A stretch of DNA of 64,000 nucleotides. Origin: the human T2T-CHM13v2.0 reference genome, Homo sapiens. Position numbers and translations under genes: made by a program. Within the stretch, counting starts at the first letter, position 1. Each line of letters opens with the position of its first letter. The notes below the pieces were generated by a model, which worked only from the letters and a program-made list of their open reading frames with translations, searched no databases and had not been told where the DNA came from. The stretch lies in NCBI RefSeq assembly GCF_009914755.1, contig NC_060948.1. The stretch is one strand, 5' to 3'. Positions 1-13,753 of this stretch are shown piece by piece.

Positions 1-599
1 TCTTCTTCCTGAGACTCTAGATAAACAAATTTTTGCTTTTACCTGAATCACTCCATTGACAGGATTTTATTTAAGGGGCTGATGTGTGTGCACGTTGCTG
101 GTATGGATATCTAAGTTAATGAGATGGCTTCTTAGCTGGTAGGATCTGTTCCTATTATAGGTTCATTCAGGCTGCTGAGGTGCTCCTTCTCCAGAATTTC
201 ACTCAATCATATCATTCTGGGGCTCCAGTACTATTTTACAAGGTGGGACATGCTGAAATAAACCCTAAAATTGTGGTTCAGAATGACCAGGCTGAGGCTG
301 CCCTTTAAAAGGGAGAACTGCCAGGGTTGTGTATTATTATCCTTGCCATTCTGACATATCTTTTGTTATGGAGACCAGAAAAGGATCTGAGTATGTGACA
401 GTCCTCCTCCTAGAGTTGCTACTATTTGTACATGACTCTTAAGTGTCAAGGTAGGTTGTGAGCTCTCCCTTCCTGGCACAGCCTGAGTAGGCTAGAGCTC
501 TGTGACCCTTGATGTTTGGCTCAGGCAGTCTTCAGAGGAATTTCAAAAATTATAGGGTGTGGAGGGTAGAGAAACAGCTGATACAGATGGCAAGTTACG

Positions 600-721
600 G
601 GAGGCTGGAAGAGAATGGGACCTGTTTGAAACAGTACAAACCCTGCCTGGGTGTAGCTGAGGAGGCAGGAAGAGAATGGGACCAACTTGAAACAGTACAA
701 ACCCTGCCTGGGTGTAGCTGG
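600..721. repeat. 61-bp tandem duplication (2 copies)
   Basis: ggaggctggaagagaatgggacctgtttgaaacagtacaaaccctgcctgggtgtagctga (600-660) is followed directly by ggaggcaggaagagaatgggaccaacttgaaacagtacaaaccctgcctgggtgtagctgg (661-721). Confidence 0.9.
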
Positions 722-1218
722 ACAGTCAAGCCAGTTCTCTGATTTGGGATTTGTGCCACGGAATTAACAGGCCCACTTTTGCTCTGGCCTGGGTGCTTAA
801 CTCTTGTTCTAGAACAAAATGTGAATTCTGGACTCTAGAATTTCTGTTTTACAGTCCAGTAGAGTGTAGAGGCCCAGGTTGGCCCACAAAAGAAGCTGTG
901 GGTGGGCTTACCACAACTGACTGGTTGCTTCTCTGCCTACAATCAGAAGGAAGAAGAATCTTTTTTCTAAAGGCAAGCCCAGAGAGGATTCAGGCAAGCC
1001 CAGGGAAGTCTGAAACTTAAGGGAGCCTGTAAAGAAAAAGGTTCTTGCCTCAGATGAGTGCTTTTGCCCCTCTTGGCTTGTGGCTTTGGGGGCTCAATTT
1101 GCCCATCAGAATAAGGGGCAATGAAATCCCCTCAGTGAGAGGCTGCTCACCCTCCTTTTACCAAGCCACTGCGCAGTGCCCACCCTGCAGCTCCAGAAGG
1201 TGCATTGCCACCTCTCTT

Positions 1219-1422
1219 TCCCAGTTTCAAGTGATTCTTCTGCCTCAGCCTCCTGTGTAGCTGGGATTACACGCACCCACCCAGATAATTTTTGTATTTT
1301 TAGTACAGATGGGCTTTCAGTATGTTGGCCTGGCTGGTGTTGAACCCCTGGTCTCTGGTGATCCACCTGTCTCAGCCTCACAAAGTGCTGAGATTTCAGA
1401 TGTCAGCCACTGCACCCACACC
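1219..1422 (-). mobile_element. Alu fragment (left arm plus part of right arm, tail missing; diverged)
   Basis: Antisense Alu motifs: caagtgattcttctgcctcagcctcc, taatttttgtatttttagta, caaagtgctgagatttcagatgtcagccactgcac. Confidence 0.9.
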
Positions 1423-2631
1423 AAAGAATGTTTTGCGGAATTTTCTGAAAAGAGAATTATACATTATGTCTACAGTTAGCAACAGGCAAAGGGACAAACA
1501 TAAAAAGCAGAATTTGCCCAAGATTTTTCTAAGCCAGGAGCAATAATATTTTAAATAAATGAGTTTAACACAAAGCTGAGAAAATAGATTTGCTTTCAAA
1601 ATTGTTGAAGTTTTTTATTTGGTGATAAGTTATCAACACTTGTAAAATTATCTGTTGCATTCTAACATTTTTCTTTCCTTCTCAAAGTAGATACACAGCC
1701 ATAAATAACTCTCATTACTTGCTATAGATCTGTTACACACCTAAAGTTTATTTTACAGTAATATATCTCTTATATTTAAATTCATGTAAACTAAAGCTAA
1801 AGGTCTTTATGTGTTTAGCAGACCAGAGAAGTCATATGTTTAATAGAAAAAAGTAGGATAAAATTTTGTAAACACTTGTTCAGAATTCAGAAGACTGTAG
1901 CTCCATTATACTCATATAATCTCCATTAGAGCCATCATAATCACCTTTAGTTACAAGAAAAACATAAATGTAAGTTGTAAAAACCATATTTTCCAAATTA
2001 TTTTAAGTTAAAGACCACTGACAAAAGAATGACTACAGACGTTATTTCACTGTGACCCTATAGCAAATTGTCACCATCTGTTACTTACAGCTTTGAGTAA
2101 GATACGATAACATCAGTGGCAAGACACACATTCAATATAAAATAGCCTTAACACAATAACAACAATTCTGGTTAATTTGAAAAAAATTAAGTCCACACAT
2201 TGTCATTAAAAAGGTATTTTTAAATTCACTGTATTTTAATTACCTTAATTTGCAAATGGTAAAGCAATTTTTGTTTAAAATTCAAATTGTTCCTATTACT
2301 ATGCATAATATTATCCTGAGCACTTACCACACTCCTATCATCCTGTCACTATGATACTGTTATAAACCAACCAGTACTTGCCCTTTTCACTTAGAAATTT
2401 TTCATGTATATTAGATTTCAGTTTTCTTAGTCTTCCATTGCAAAATAGATAAATCTGTCCATCTAATATGGAAGAACCTCTCATAACTCTGGTGGAGCAA
2501 CAATTGTCCATGTTCTTTCCCATATATTTTAGATATGAAGACATAGCAACAAATGTAAGAGTTAAATTACATCAATATTTGCTTTTGAAAAATATTAAAT
2601 TATTTTAATATTAAAAACTAGGTCCCTGTTA

Positions 2632-5600
2632 TAGGAAAGTGATCAAGACTGCTGATGAGAAGCAGCTAGTCTGTGTAGTTCTCATAGAGAGGAATGCAAG
2701 TTGTGCATAAATACATCACCTTCAACTGAAACACCCAGGTGCTTGCATTGGGAAAAATCAAACAACTTAAGTTATGGAGAATGGAATAAAGCAAGGCAGG
2801 ACAGTGAACCACCTGGGAACAACATGGAACCAAGAAAACATTCCCACTCAATAAAGCAGTGGGTATAAGTGTGACCCTGGGAACCCACGATTCTCCCACA
2901 GATCTTTGCAACCCTCAGGTGAGGAGATCTATTCATGAACCTGCTTCATCAAGGCCTTCAGTTGAACACACAGAGCTACGTGGAGTCTCAGAGATCAGCT
3001 GCTGAGGCCTGTGCAGAGATTCAAGAACTTTAGGTACTCAGTTTTTCCAGGCTTCCCAGAAAAAGTAGTTGCAACTCCAGTAAAGCAGGAATCTGTACTT
3101 CTGTAAGTATTCATAGAAAAGAGGCAGAATCCATGAGGCTGACCAGTCATGGTCTTAGGTCTTAGGACCCATGCCCACAGTGCCCCACAGGGTAAGACTT
3201 ATTGGCTTAGCATTCTGGTCAGCCCATTGGTAGCAGCACTGGACCTCCCTGGCATGGAGCTATCAGAAAGTCGAGTGGGACACCACCTTAGCTGCTTGGG
3301 CAACTTAGGCATTCCAGCCTTCAGGCTTTAAAAAGCCCAAGCTAACGTGGGGAATAAAGAATCTCCTAGCACAGTATAGGTGCTCTAAAAAGACATGGCC
3401 AGAATGCCTGTTAAATCAGGTACCCAATCTCATTTCTTGCAACTGGAAAGGACTTCCTAACCAGAGTGAGCAGCTACCACCACTGGTAGTAGCTGTGATC
3501 AAATACCACGATCTTTGGTCGATGGAATTTTGAAACCTCTTTGTGATATAATTGCTAGAGGGAAGAGTGAGCAGCAATTTTTCCTATGTGTGTGACTTGG
3601 CTGTTCCAGCCTTCTGGCTTTGGAGAATCCAAATAAACTGTGGATGGAAGTGGTACCTCTGCACAGCAGAGACGTACTATGAAAATGTTGCTAGACTGCT
3701 TTCTTAAGTGGCTCCCCAATTACGTTCTCTTTACTGAGTAAGAAATTTCAACAAGGGATTCCAGCTACCTCTTACAGGTGCTATTGGGTTGGAAAGAGGT
3801 CTATACCTCCCTGGGATTGAGCACCCAGAAAAAAAAAGGCACGCTGCAATTATTTAGTTTAGCAACATTCAGTGGTGGTAACTTCAAGTACTGGAAAATC
3901 TTAGGTGACTAGGAATGGCAATGGACACCTCGCATACTGAGGCAGCCCTTCAGAAAAGTGGCCATACTGTTATGTGAGTGCCTGTTCTCATATATTCTCA
4001 CTGGACAGGTTCTCCAGGCCTGGGCCACTAGCCAATCACTGCCAGAGGTATTGAGATAGTAGCAACTTAGCGACTCCCTGGACAGGGACCCCAGTAACGA
4101 CTGAAAATATTTCTGCCACTGCCTCTATAGTAGAACTTTCCTTGCTACCCTTAGACTAGTGAAAAATCCAAAACCCTGAGTGTCTTATTCAAACATCAAA
4201 CAAGCTTCAGTTTACCCAAGGAGAGGAGGCCAGTTCATTCACCATGGGTCCCACAAACTACCCACTGCTCCTCACCAGACAGTTGACCCCTAACTTGACC
4301 AAAATCACAGATCTTTCATCATGGGCTGACTGTACTGAGGGATTGCTGACCTACATCTCTCTTAGATGCAGCCTTCAGAAAACCAGCAAAGAGGTAGGGC
4401 AGCAAGCCAGCTTATGTGGTGACCAGAGGGTTTGGTGCAAGGGCATCTGTAGTAAGGTGTGGCCAGTGATGGCCATTTCTCTACCAGCAACTTTTTCACA
4501 TAAGAGAGTTTTGCCCTAGGGAAGTGTTGGACCTAATTACTGTACTATAGCTTTGAAAATCAGAAGCTTGTCTAACTGAGCACTCCGTGGTTTACCGCCT
4601 CTCCCAGGCACCCAGATCCTTACAGGCCAGTCTCAGGCACACTGAGAGCCCATACCATACCATCTGCACTGGTAGGTCACATATAACTCCTGAAGAGCAA
4701 CAGCTAGGCAGCCCCTATGACTGCAGCAGCCCACATGTTTCTTTCCCACACTGCACTTTCCCTCGAAAACATGGCAACTCCTCATATTACTTTACTGGCA
4801 CATGTCTTCAAAGGCAGATTTGGCTTTGCTTGGCCCACTAGCAAACGGGAATGCAGTATGCTCCTGCCAACCCAGCAGCTGCCATTGTAGATAAAGCTTT
4901 GGTGGGCAGAGAGCCAAAAAGACTCACTGCTACCTTTATGCTAACACTGTGCAGAGAACAGTGTATCCTCCCACATTCTGAACAATCACTTCTTCTTTAG
5001 GGGGCAAAAAGAAGGCTTCAAACCTTCATTGGTCAGCATCCTACCACATGCTAACACCACATTTATTGCAACAGCACACAGTCTCCAGCAGGTGCACCTA
5101 CTCCCATCCCAGCTACATTGCTCCTGCTACTGAGATGAATAAGTGAAGACAGGCAGAAACTCCATATCCACTAGCACTCTGCTGAAGCTGCAGAAACTTA
5201 GTCCAACAGGGTGGCAGACTCCAAATATCAAAGAGACAGGGAAGAGAGTTGGGGCTCAATACAATTCCCGCTGAGTATGAAGCCTCTGAGTTGTGAGCTG
5301 AGCACTTCCCCCAACCCCTCCACAAAAAATATAAAAAATAAAAATAAAAAAATAAAAACTTCTCCCAAGAACAAAGCCTGTTGGATGAAAGCACCTTATG
5401 CCACAATCAGATACTCAAGAACATCAAAATATGATTAAAAAATCTTCATTCAAAGTTCAGCAACCTCAAATATATGCCTACAAAGATGAGACAAAATCAA
5501 TGCAAAACTGCTGGGGAAAAAAAAAAAAAAGCTAGAGTGACTTATTTAATCCAAATAACCAACCTACATTTCCAGCAAGACCTAAGAAGACAGAAATAGA

Positions 5601-6042
5601 ATTCAGAATGTGAATAGAAATAAGCTTCATTGAGCTACAAAAGTAAGTTGCAAACCAATGCAAGGAAGGGAAAATTGCAGAAACTGACAGATAAAACAAA
5701 CAATCTGGAGGAAAATGTGGCCAGTGTGATAAAGCTGAAAAACAGAATACAAAACTTTATAATTTATTCACACATATTACTGCAGAATTGGCTAAGCAGA
5801 AGAAAGAATTTCAGAGTTTCAAGACTGGCTTTCTGAAATAATAGAGACAAGAATAGTAAAAAAAGAATAAATAGAAATGAACAAAACCTCTGAGAAATAT
5901 TTAATTATGTAAAGTAACCAAATACATGATTAAAGAGAGTGCCTGAAAGTGATGGGGGGAATGAAAACAACTTGAAATACATATTTTGGAATATCATCCA
6001 TGATAACTTCCCCACCTAGACAGTGAGGCAAACATTGAAATA
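2632..6042 (+). mobile_element. Old primate L1 5' portion (long 5' UTR plus decayed ORF1 start; L1PA13-16/L1PB-age class), 3'-truncated
   Basis: 5' end caagactgctgatgagaagcagctagt resembles older L1P 5' termini. Decayed ORF1 sequence at ~5490-6040 (aaatgaacaaaacctctgagaaatatttaattatgtaaag...aatatcatccatgataacttcccc). Subfamily assignment is from memory and tentative. Confidence 0.7.
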
Positions 6043-6833
6043 CATCAAGATAATATGGATCAATCAAACATAAAAAGGAATATACAGAAAACAATTATTT
6101 AAAGATGGAGTTTTAAAAATTAGCTGTGATAATTTGAATTGAAGTCTAGATCTATATTTAAAAGAAAAAAATTACCCTAAAAATCAATATTACCATCTGA
6201 AAGAGAAAATGAGAATAAAGATAAAAAATGAAATAACAAAAAGGAATTCACCAAAGATAAAGATCACAAAAAGAAATAAAAATTGTAGAGTAGAAGTACC
6301 AAAAAAAAACTAACATGGACTTCAACATTAGTAAAAAATATAAGAAATCAAGAAGCTCAGCAAATAACAATGAAGATTAACACAAAAATATTTCTAATAA
6401 GACACAACATAAACAATATTTTGAAATTCACAGACAAGAAGAGAATCTGGAATGCAAGAAGATAAAAGAGATGTGTTATTTGTATGCATGCTTCTGCAAG
6501 ATTACAAGTAAATTTATGAACATAAATTTTTTGGGCAAGATGGGAGCAGGATGACATAGTTAAAACACTGAAAAAAAGAGTCTAAGCAAGAATACCACAC
6601 CCAGCAAAAGTAACCTTCAAAACGAAAAAAAAAAAAAAAATTCTCACTATATCATGATGTATATTAAGATCAACTATGTCATGTCTTCAAGAGAATCACT
6701 TCAGATCTAATTTAAAAAAAGACAGAAAATGACAGGATGAGAAATACATTCCATGTAAGTGTTAACCCAATGAGTGGAAAAGAGGAAACAAGTTATTAAG
6801 TTGAAAACTCTGATATTTCATAAAATTTACTTT
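6043..6833 (+). mobile_element. Highly decayed L1M-type remnant (left arm of inverted duplication), interrupted by the L1PA at 6834
   Basis: A-rich; caagaataccacacccagcaaaagtaaccttcaaaa resembles the L1 ORF1 3' part. Reverse-complement paralog at ~62530-63915. Confidence 0.55.
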
Positions 6834-9800
6834 TTTTAATACCTGAAGTTCTAGGGTACATGTGCGCAACGTGCAAGTTTGGTAGGTATGTATACATGTG
6901 CCATGTTGGTGTGCTGCACCCATTAACTCATCATTTACATTAGGAATATCTCCCAATTCTATCCCTCCCCCTATCTCCAATCCCACGACAGGCCCTGGTG
7001 TGTGATGTTCCCCATCCTGTGTCCAAGTGTTCTCATTGTTCAATTCCCACCTATGAGTGAGAGCATGTGGTGTTTGTTTTTTTTGTCCTTGCAATAGTTT
7101 GCTGAGAATAATGGTTTCCAGCTTCATCCATGTCCCTACAAAGGACACGAATGCATCCTTTTTTATGGCTGCATAGTATTCCATGGTGTATATGTGCCAC
7201 ATTTTCTTAATCCAGTCTATCATTGTTGGACATTTGGGTTGGTTCCAAGTCTTTGCTATTGTGAATAGTTCCACAATAAACATACGTGTGCATGTGTCTT
7301 TATAGCAGCATGATTTATACTTCTTTGGGTATATACCCGGTAATGGCATGGCTGGGTCAAATGATATTTCTAGTTCTAGATCCTTGAGGAATCACCACAC
7401 TGTCTTCCGCAATGGTTGAACGAGTTTACAGTCCCATCAAGAGTGTAAAAGTGTTCCTATTTCTCCACATCCTCTCCAACACATGCAGTTTCCTGACTTT
7501 TTAATGATCACCATTCTAACTGGTGTGACATGGTATCTCATTGTGGTTTTGATTTGCATTTCTTTTTTGGCCATGATGATGAGCATTTTTTCATGTGTCT
7601 GTTGGCTGCATAAATGTCTTCTTTTGAGAAGTGTCTGTTCATATACTTCACCCACTTTTTGATGAGGTCGTTTGTTTTTGCTTTTACCTTTGTTTGAGTT
7701 CTTTGTAGAGTCTGGATATTAGCCCTTTGTCAGATGAGTAGATTGCAAAAAATTTCTCCCCTTCTGTAGGTTGCCCGTTCACTGTGATGGTAGTTTCTTT
7801 TGCTGTGTAGAGGCTCTTTAGTTTGATTAGATCCCATGTGTCAATTTTGGCTTTTGTTGCCATTGCTTTTGGTGTTTTAGACATGAAGTCCTTACCCATG
7901 TCTGTGTCCTGAATGGTACTGCCTAGGTTTTCTTCTAGGGTTTTTATGGTGTTAGGTAGAACATTTAAGTCTTTAATCCATCTTGAATTGATTTTTGTAT
8001 AAGCTGTAATGAAGAGATCCAGTTTCAGCTTTCTACATATGGCTAGCCAGTTTTCCCAGCACCATTTATTAAATAGAGAATGCTTTCCCCATTTCTTGTT
8101 TTTGTCAGGTTTGTCAAAGATCAATTGGCTGTAGTTGTGTGGTATCATTTCTGAAGGCTCTGTTCCATTCCATTGGTCTATATCTCTATTTAGGTACCAG
8201 TACCATGCTGTTTTGGTGACTGTAGCCTTGTAGTATAGTTTGAAGTCAGGTAGTGTGATGCCCCCAGCTCTGTTCTTTTGGCTTAGGATCGTTTGGCAAT
8301 GCAGTCTCTTTTTTGGTTCCATATGATCTTTAAAGTAATTTTTTCCAATTCTGTGAAGAAAGCCATTGGTAGCTTGATGGCGATGGCATTGAATCTATAA
8401 ATTACCTTGGGCAGTATGGTCATTTTCACGATATTGATTCTTCCTATCCATGAGCATGGAATGTTCTTCCATTTGTTTGTGTCCTCTTTTATTTTAATGA
8501 GCAGTGATTTGAGCTCCTTGAAGAGGTCCTTCACATCTCTTGTAAGTTGGATTCCTAGGTATTTTCTTCTTTTTCAAGCAATTGCGAATGGGAGTTCACT
8601 CTTGATTTGGCTCTCTGTTTGTCTGTTATTGGTGTATAAGAATGCTTGTGATTTTTGTACATTGATTTTGCATCCTGAGACTTTGTGGAAGTTGCTTATC
8701 AGCTTAAGGAGATTTTGGGCTGAGACAATGGGGTTTTCTGAATATAGAATCATATCATCTGCAAACAGGGACAATTTGACTTCCTCTTTTACTAATTGAA
8801 TTCCATTAATTTCTTTCTCCTGCCTGATTGCCCTGGCCAGAACTTCCAACACTATGTTGAACAGGAGTGGTGAGAGAGACCATCCCTGACTTGTGCCAGT
8901 TTTCAAAGGGAATGCTTCCAGTTTTTGCACATTCAGTATGATATTGGCTGTGGGTTGGTCATAAATAGCTCTTATTATTTTGAGGTACGTCCCATCAATA
9001 CCTAATTTATTGAGAGTTTTTAGCATGAAGGGCTGCTGAATTTTGTCAAAGGCCTTTTCTGCACCTATTGAGATAATCATGTGGTTTTTGTCTTTGGTTC
9101 TGTTTATATGTTGTATTACGTTTATTGGTTTGCATATGTTGAACAAGACTTGCATCCCCTGGATGAAGCCAACTTGATCGTGGTGGATAAGCTTTCTGAT
9201 GTGCTGCTAAACTCGGTTCACCAGTATTTTACTGAGGATTTTTCCATTGATGTTCATCAGGGATATTGGTCTAAAATTCTCTTTTTTGTTCTGTCTCTGG
9301 CTGGCTTTGGTATCAGGATGTTGTTGGCTTCATAAAATGAATTAGGGAGGATTCCCTCTTTTTCTAATGATTGGAGTAGTTTCAGAAGGAATGGTGCCAG
9401 CTCCTCCTTGTACCTCTGGCAGAATTCGGCTGTGAATCTGTCTCGTCCTTGACTTTTTTTTGTTCATAGGGATTAATTATTGTCTCAAATTCAGAGTCTG
9501 TTATTGGTCTATTCAGGGATTCAACTTCTTCTTGGTTTAGTCTTGGGAGGGTGTATTTGTCAAGGAATTTATCCATTTCTTCTAGATTTCCTAATTTATT
9601 TGCATAGAGGTGTTTCTAGTATTCTCTGAGGGTAGTTACCATTTCTGTGGGATCGGTTGTGATATCCCCTATATAACTTTTTATTGTGTCTCTTTGATTC
9701 TTCTCTCTTTTCTTCTTTAGTAGTCTTGCTTAGCAGTCTATCAATTTTGGTGATATTTTCAAAGAACCAGCTCCCAGATTCACTGATTTTTTGAAGTGTT

Positions 9801-12800
9801 TTTTGTGTCTCTGTCTCCTTCAGTTCTGCTCTGATCTTAGGTATTTCTTGCCTTCTGCTAGCTTTTAAATGTGTTTGCTCTTGTTTCTCTAGTTCTGTTA
9901 ATAGTGATGTTAGGGTGTCAGCTTTAGATCTTTCATGATTTCTTATGGGCATTTAGTGCTATAAATTTCCCTCTACACACTGCTTTAAATGTATCCCAGA
10001 GATTCTGATATGTTGTGTCTTTGTTCTCATTGGTTTCAAAGAACATCTTTATTTCTGCCTTCATTTTCTTATGTACACAGTAGTCATTCAGGAGCAGGTT
10101 GTTCAGTTCCCATGTAGTTGAGCAGTTTTGAGTGAGTTTCTTAATCCGGAGTTTTAGTTTGATCGCCCTATGGTCTGAGAGACAGTTTTTTATAATTTCT
10201 GCTCTTCTACATTTGCCGAGGTGTGCTTTACTTCCAACTATGTGGTCAATTATGGAATAAGTGTGATGTGGTGCTGAAAAGAACATATATCTGTTGATTT
10301 GGGGTGGAGAGTTCTGTAGATGTCTATTAGGTCCGCTTGGTGCAGAGCTGAGTTCTATTACTGGATATCCTTTTTAACTTTCTGTCTCATTAATCTGTCT
10401 AATGTTGATGGTGGGGTGTTAAAAAGTCTCCCATTATTATTGTGTAGTAGTTTAAGCCTCTGTGTAGGTCTCTAACGCCTTGCTTTATAAATCTGGGTGC
10501 TCCTGTATTGGGTGCATATATATTTAGGATAGTTAATTCTTCTCATTGAATTCATCCCTTTGCCATTATGCAACAGCCTTCTTTGTCTCCTTTGATCTTT
10601 GTTGTTTTAAGGTCTGTGTTATCAGAAATCAGGATTGCAACCCTTCCACCCCCCTTTTTTTCTATTTGCTTGGTAGATCTTCTTCCATCCATCTATGTTG
10701 AGTCTACGTGTGTCTCTGCACGTGAGATGAGTCTCCTAAATACAGCACACTGATGGGTCTTGACTCTTTATCCAATTTGCCAGTCTCTGTCTTTAATTCG
10801 AGCATTTAACCCATTTGTACTTAAGGTTGATATTGTTATGCTCGAATTTGATCCCGTCATTATGATGTTAGCTGGTTATTTTGCTCATTAGTTGATGCAG
10901 TTTCTTCCTATCATCGAAGGTCTTTAAAATTTGGCATGTTTTTGCAGTGGCTGGTACCAGTTGTTCCTTTCCATGTTTAGTGCTTCCTTCAAGAGCTCTT
11001 GTAAGGCAGGCCTGGTGGTGACAAAATCTCTCAGCATTTGCTTGTCTCTAAAGGATTTTATTTCTCTTTCACTTATGAAGCTTAATTTGACTGGATATGA
11101 AATTCTGGGTTGAAAATTCTTTTCTTTAAGAATGTTGAATATTGGCTCCCACTGTCTTCTGGCTTATAGAGTTTCTGCTGAGAGATCAGCTGTTAGCTTG
11201 ATGGGCTTCCCTTTGTGGGTAACCCGACATTTGTCTCTGGCTGCCCTTAATATTTTTTCCTTCATTTCAACTTTGGCGAATCTGACAATTATGTGTCTTG
11301 GAGTTGGTCTTCTCAAGGTGTATCTTTGTGGCGTTCTCTGTATTTCCTGAATTTGAATGTTGGCCTGCCTTGCTAGGTTGGGGAAGTTCTCCTGGATAAT
11401 ATCCTGCAGAGTGTTTTCCAACTTGGTTCCCTTCTCCCCAATCAGACGTAGATTTGGTCTTTTCACATAGTCCCATCCTTCTTGGAGGCTTTGTTCATTT
11501 CTTCTTACTCTTTTTTCTCTAAACTTTTCTTTGCACTTCATTTCATTCATCTGATCTTCAATCACTGATACCCTGTCTTCCAGTTGATTGAACCAGTTAC
11601 TGAAGCTTCTGCATTCATTGTGTAGTTCTTGTGCTATGGTTTTCAGCTCCATCAGGTCATTTGAGGACTTCTCTACACTGGTTATTCTAGTTAGCCATTT
11701 GTCTTATCTTTTTTCAAGGTTTTTTAGTTTCTTTGTGGAGGGTTCAAACATCCTCCTTTAGCTTGGAGAAGTCTGAAGCCTTCTTCTCTCAACTCACCAA
11801 AGTCATTCTCCATCCAGCTTTGTTCCATTGCTGGTGAGGAGCTGCATTCCTTTGTAGGGGGAGAGGTGCTCTGATTTTTAGAATTTTCAGCTTTTCTGCT
11901 CTGTTTTTTCCCCATCTTTGTGGTTTTATCTACCTTTGGTCTTTGATCATGGTGACGTACAGATGGGGTTTTTGTGTGGATGTTCTTTCTGTTTGTTAGT
12001 TTTCCTTCTAACAGTCAGGATCCTCAAGTCTGTTGGTATTTGCTGGAGGTCCATTCCAGACCGTGTTTTCCTGGGTATCAGCAGTGGAGGTGACAGAACA
12101 GCAAATATTGCTGAACAGCAAATATTGTTGCCTGATCGTTCCTCTGGAAGCTTCATTTCAAAGGGATACCCGGCCATGTGAGGTGTCAGTCTGTCCCTGC
12201 TGCAGTCTGTCCCTGCTGGGGGGTACCTCCCTGTTGGGCTAGTTGGGGGTCAGGGCCTCACTTGAGGAGGCAGTCTGTCCTTTCTCAGATCTCAAACTCT
12301 TTGTTGGGAGAGCCACTACTCTCTTCAAAGCTGTCAGATGGGAACTTTTAAGTCTGCAGAGGTTTCTGCTGCCTGTTGTTCAGCTATGCCCTGCACCCAG
12401 AGGTGGAGTCTACACAGGCAGGCAGGCCTCCTTGAGCTGTGGTGGGCTTCACCCAGTTCAACCTTCTGTGCCACTTTGTTTACCTACTCAAGCCTCAGCA
12501 ATGGCGGATCCCCCTCCCCCAGCCTTGCTGCCACCTTGCAGTTTGATCTTAGACTGCTGTGCTAGCAACGAGTGAGGCTTCATGGGTGTGGAACCCTCCA
12601 AGCCATGCGTGGGATATAATCTCCTGGTGTGCCATTTGCTAAGACCATTGGAAAAGTGCAGTATTAGGCTGGGAGTGACCCGATTTTCCAGGTGATGTCT
12701 GTCATAGCTTCCCTTGGCTAGGAAAGGGAATTCCCTGATCCCTTGCACTTCCTGGGTGAGGTAATGCCTCGCCCTGCTTTGGCTCATGCTCAGTGACCTG

Positions 12801-12950
12801 TGCCCACTGTCCTGCACCCACTGTCTGACAAGCCCCAGTGAGATGAACCTGGTACCTCAGTTGGAAATGCAGAAATCAGCCATCTTTGTCATCACTCATG
12901 TGAGAGCTGTAGACTGGAGCTGTTCCTATTCGGCCACTTGGAACCGCCCC
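6834..12950 (-). mobile_element. Full-length (~6.1 kb) inactive L1PA element (approximately L1PA5-7 age)
   Basis: 5' end on minus strand ggggcggttccaagtggccgaataggaacagctcc. ORF1 fragments 11724-11915 and 11164-11652. ORF2 EN/RT/C-terminal fragments at 6762-10286 (SLSADDMILY-type RT motif read as LFADDMILY) with many frameshifts. 3' UTR ends in a short A tail. Probable TSD aaatttacttt 6823-6833 / aaattttcttt 12951-12961. Confidence 0.97.
12501..12575 (+). pseudogene. Truncated L1 ORF0 (antisense 5' UTR ORF), stop after 24 codons
   Basis: MADPPPPALLPPCSLILDCCASNE* matches the N-terminus of primate L1 ORF0 as I recall it (MAGAPPPASLPPCSLISDCCASNQR...). Confidence 0.8.
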
Positions 12951-13378
12951 AAATTTTCTTTAAGACAATTTACAAGAGACCAAGTAGGACATTCAATTCT
13001 AGTAAGAGAGATCATTCACTGAGAATCTATAAATATATGAAAGTTTTCTCAAACACATTAAGTAAACATTGACAAAATTGAAGCCAAAATTGACAGCAAT
13101 ATAATAATGGAAGGGTACATCAATATCCCGCTTTTAGGAATAAATAAAACAAGACAGAATATCAATAAGGGAAGGAACAAGTTGAATGCACTATGCAATA
13201 ATTACACCTAACAAATATATATAGAAAACTGAACACACATTCTTTTCAATAGCTAACAAATCATTTTGTGAGGTGGACCACGTGTGACACCACAAAAGAC
13301 TTCATAATTTTTTAAATTAAAATTTTACAAGTATTTATAGTGCAAATGCAATAAAACTAGAAATTCGTAACAGAGAAA

Positions 13379-13382
<4 letters not shown>

Positions 13383-13424
<42 letters not shown>
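13383..13424. repeat. (TG)21 microsatellite at an Alu tail
   Basis: 21 uninterrupted TG units counted directly. Confidence 0.98.
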
Positions 13425-13428
<4 letters not shown>

Positions 13429-13753
13429 TTTTTGAGATGGAGTATCACTCTGTCCCTAGGCTGGAGGGCATTGACACAATCTCAGCTAACTGCAACCTCT
13501 AACTCCCGGGTTCAGTCAGTTCCCCAGCCTCACCCTTTTGAGTAGCTGGGATTAAAGGCATGCAAACCACCGTGTTTCCTGAGTAGCTGAGAATACAGTC
13601 ACACAACCATAAAGTACAAATATTTTTTATAGTTTAGTAGAGACAGGGTTTCACCATGTTGTCCAGGATGGTCTCAATATCCTGAAGTCTCCATACACCC
13701 TCCTCAGCATCCCAAAGTGCTGAGAGTACAGGCATGAGTCACCACACCTGGCC
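13425..13753 (-). mobile_element. AluS (Sc-like), diverged, with an internal duplicated gagtagctg segment
   Basis: tttgagatggagtatcactctg...ccaggatggtctcaa...cccaaagtgctgag...cacacctggcc; gagtagctg occurs at ~13540 and ~13581. Confidence 0.92.

Noticed and set aside
509-1260. Short plus-strand ORFs as a gene
   Set aside because: Non-ATG starts, no recognisable domain, and the last ORF runs into an Alu.
12188-12220. 16-bp tandem duplication agtctgtccctgctg(c) in the L1 5' UTR
   Set aside because: Real, but an ordinary slippage event in a dead element.
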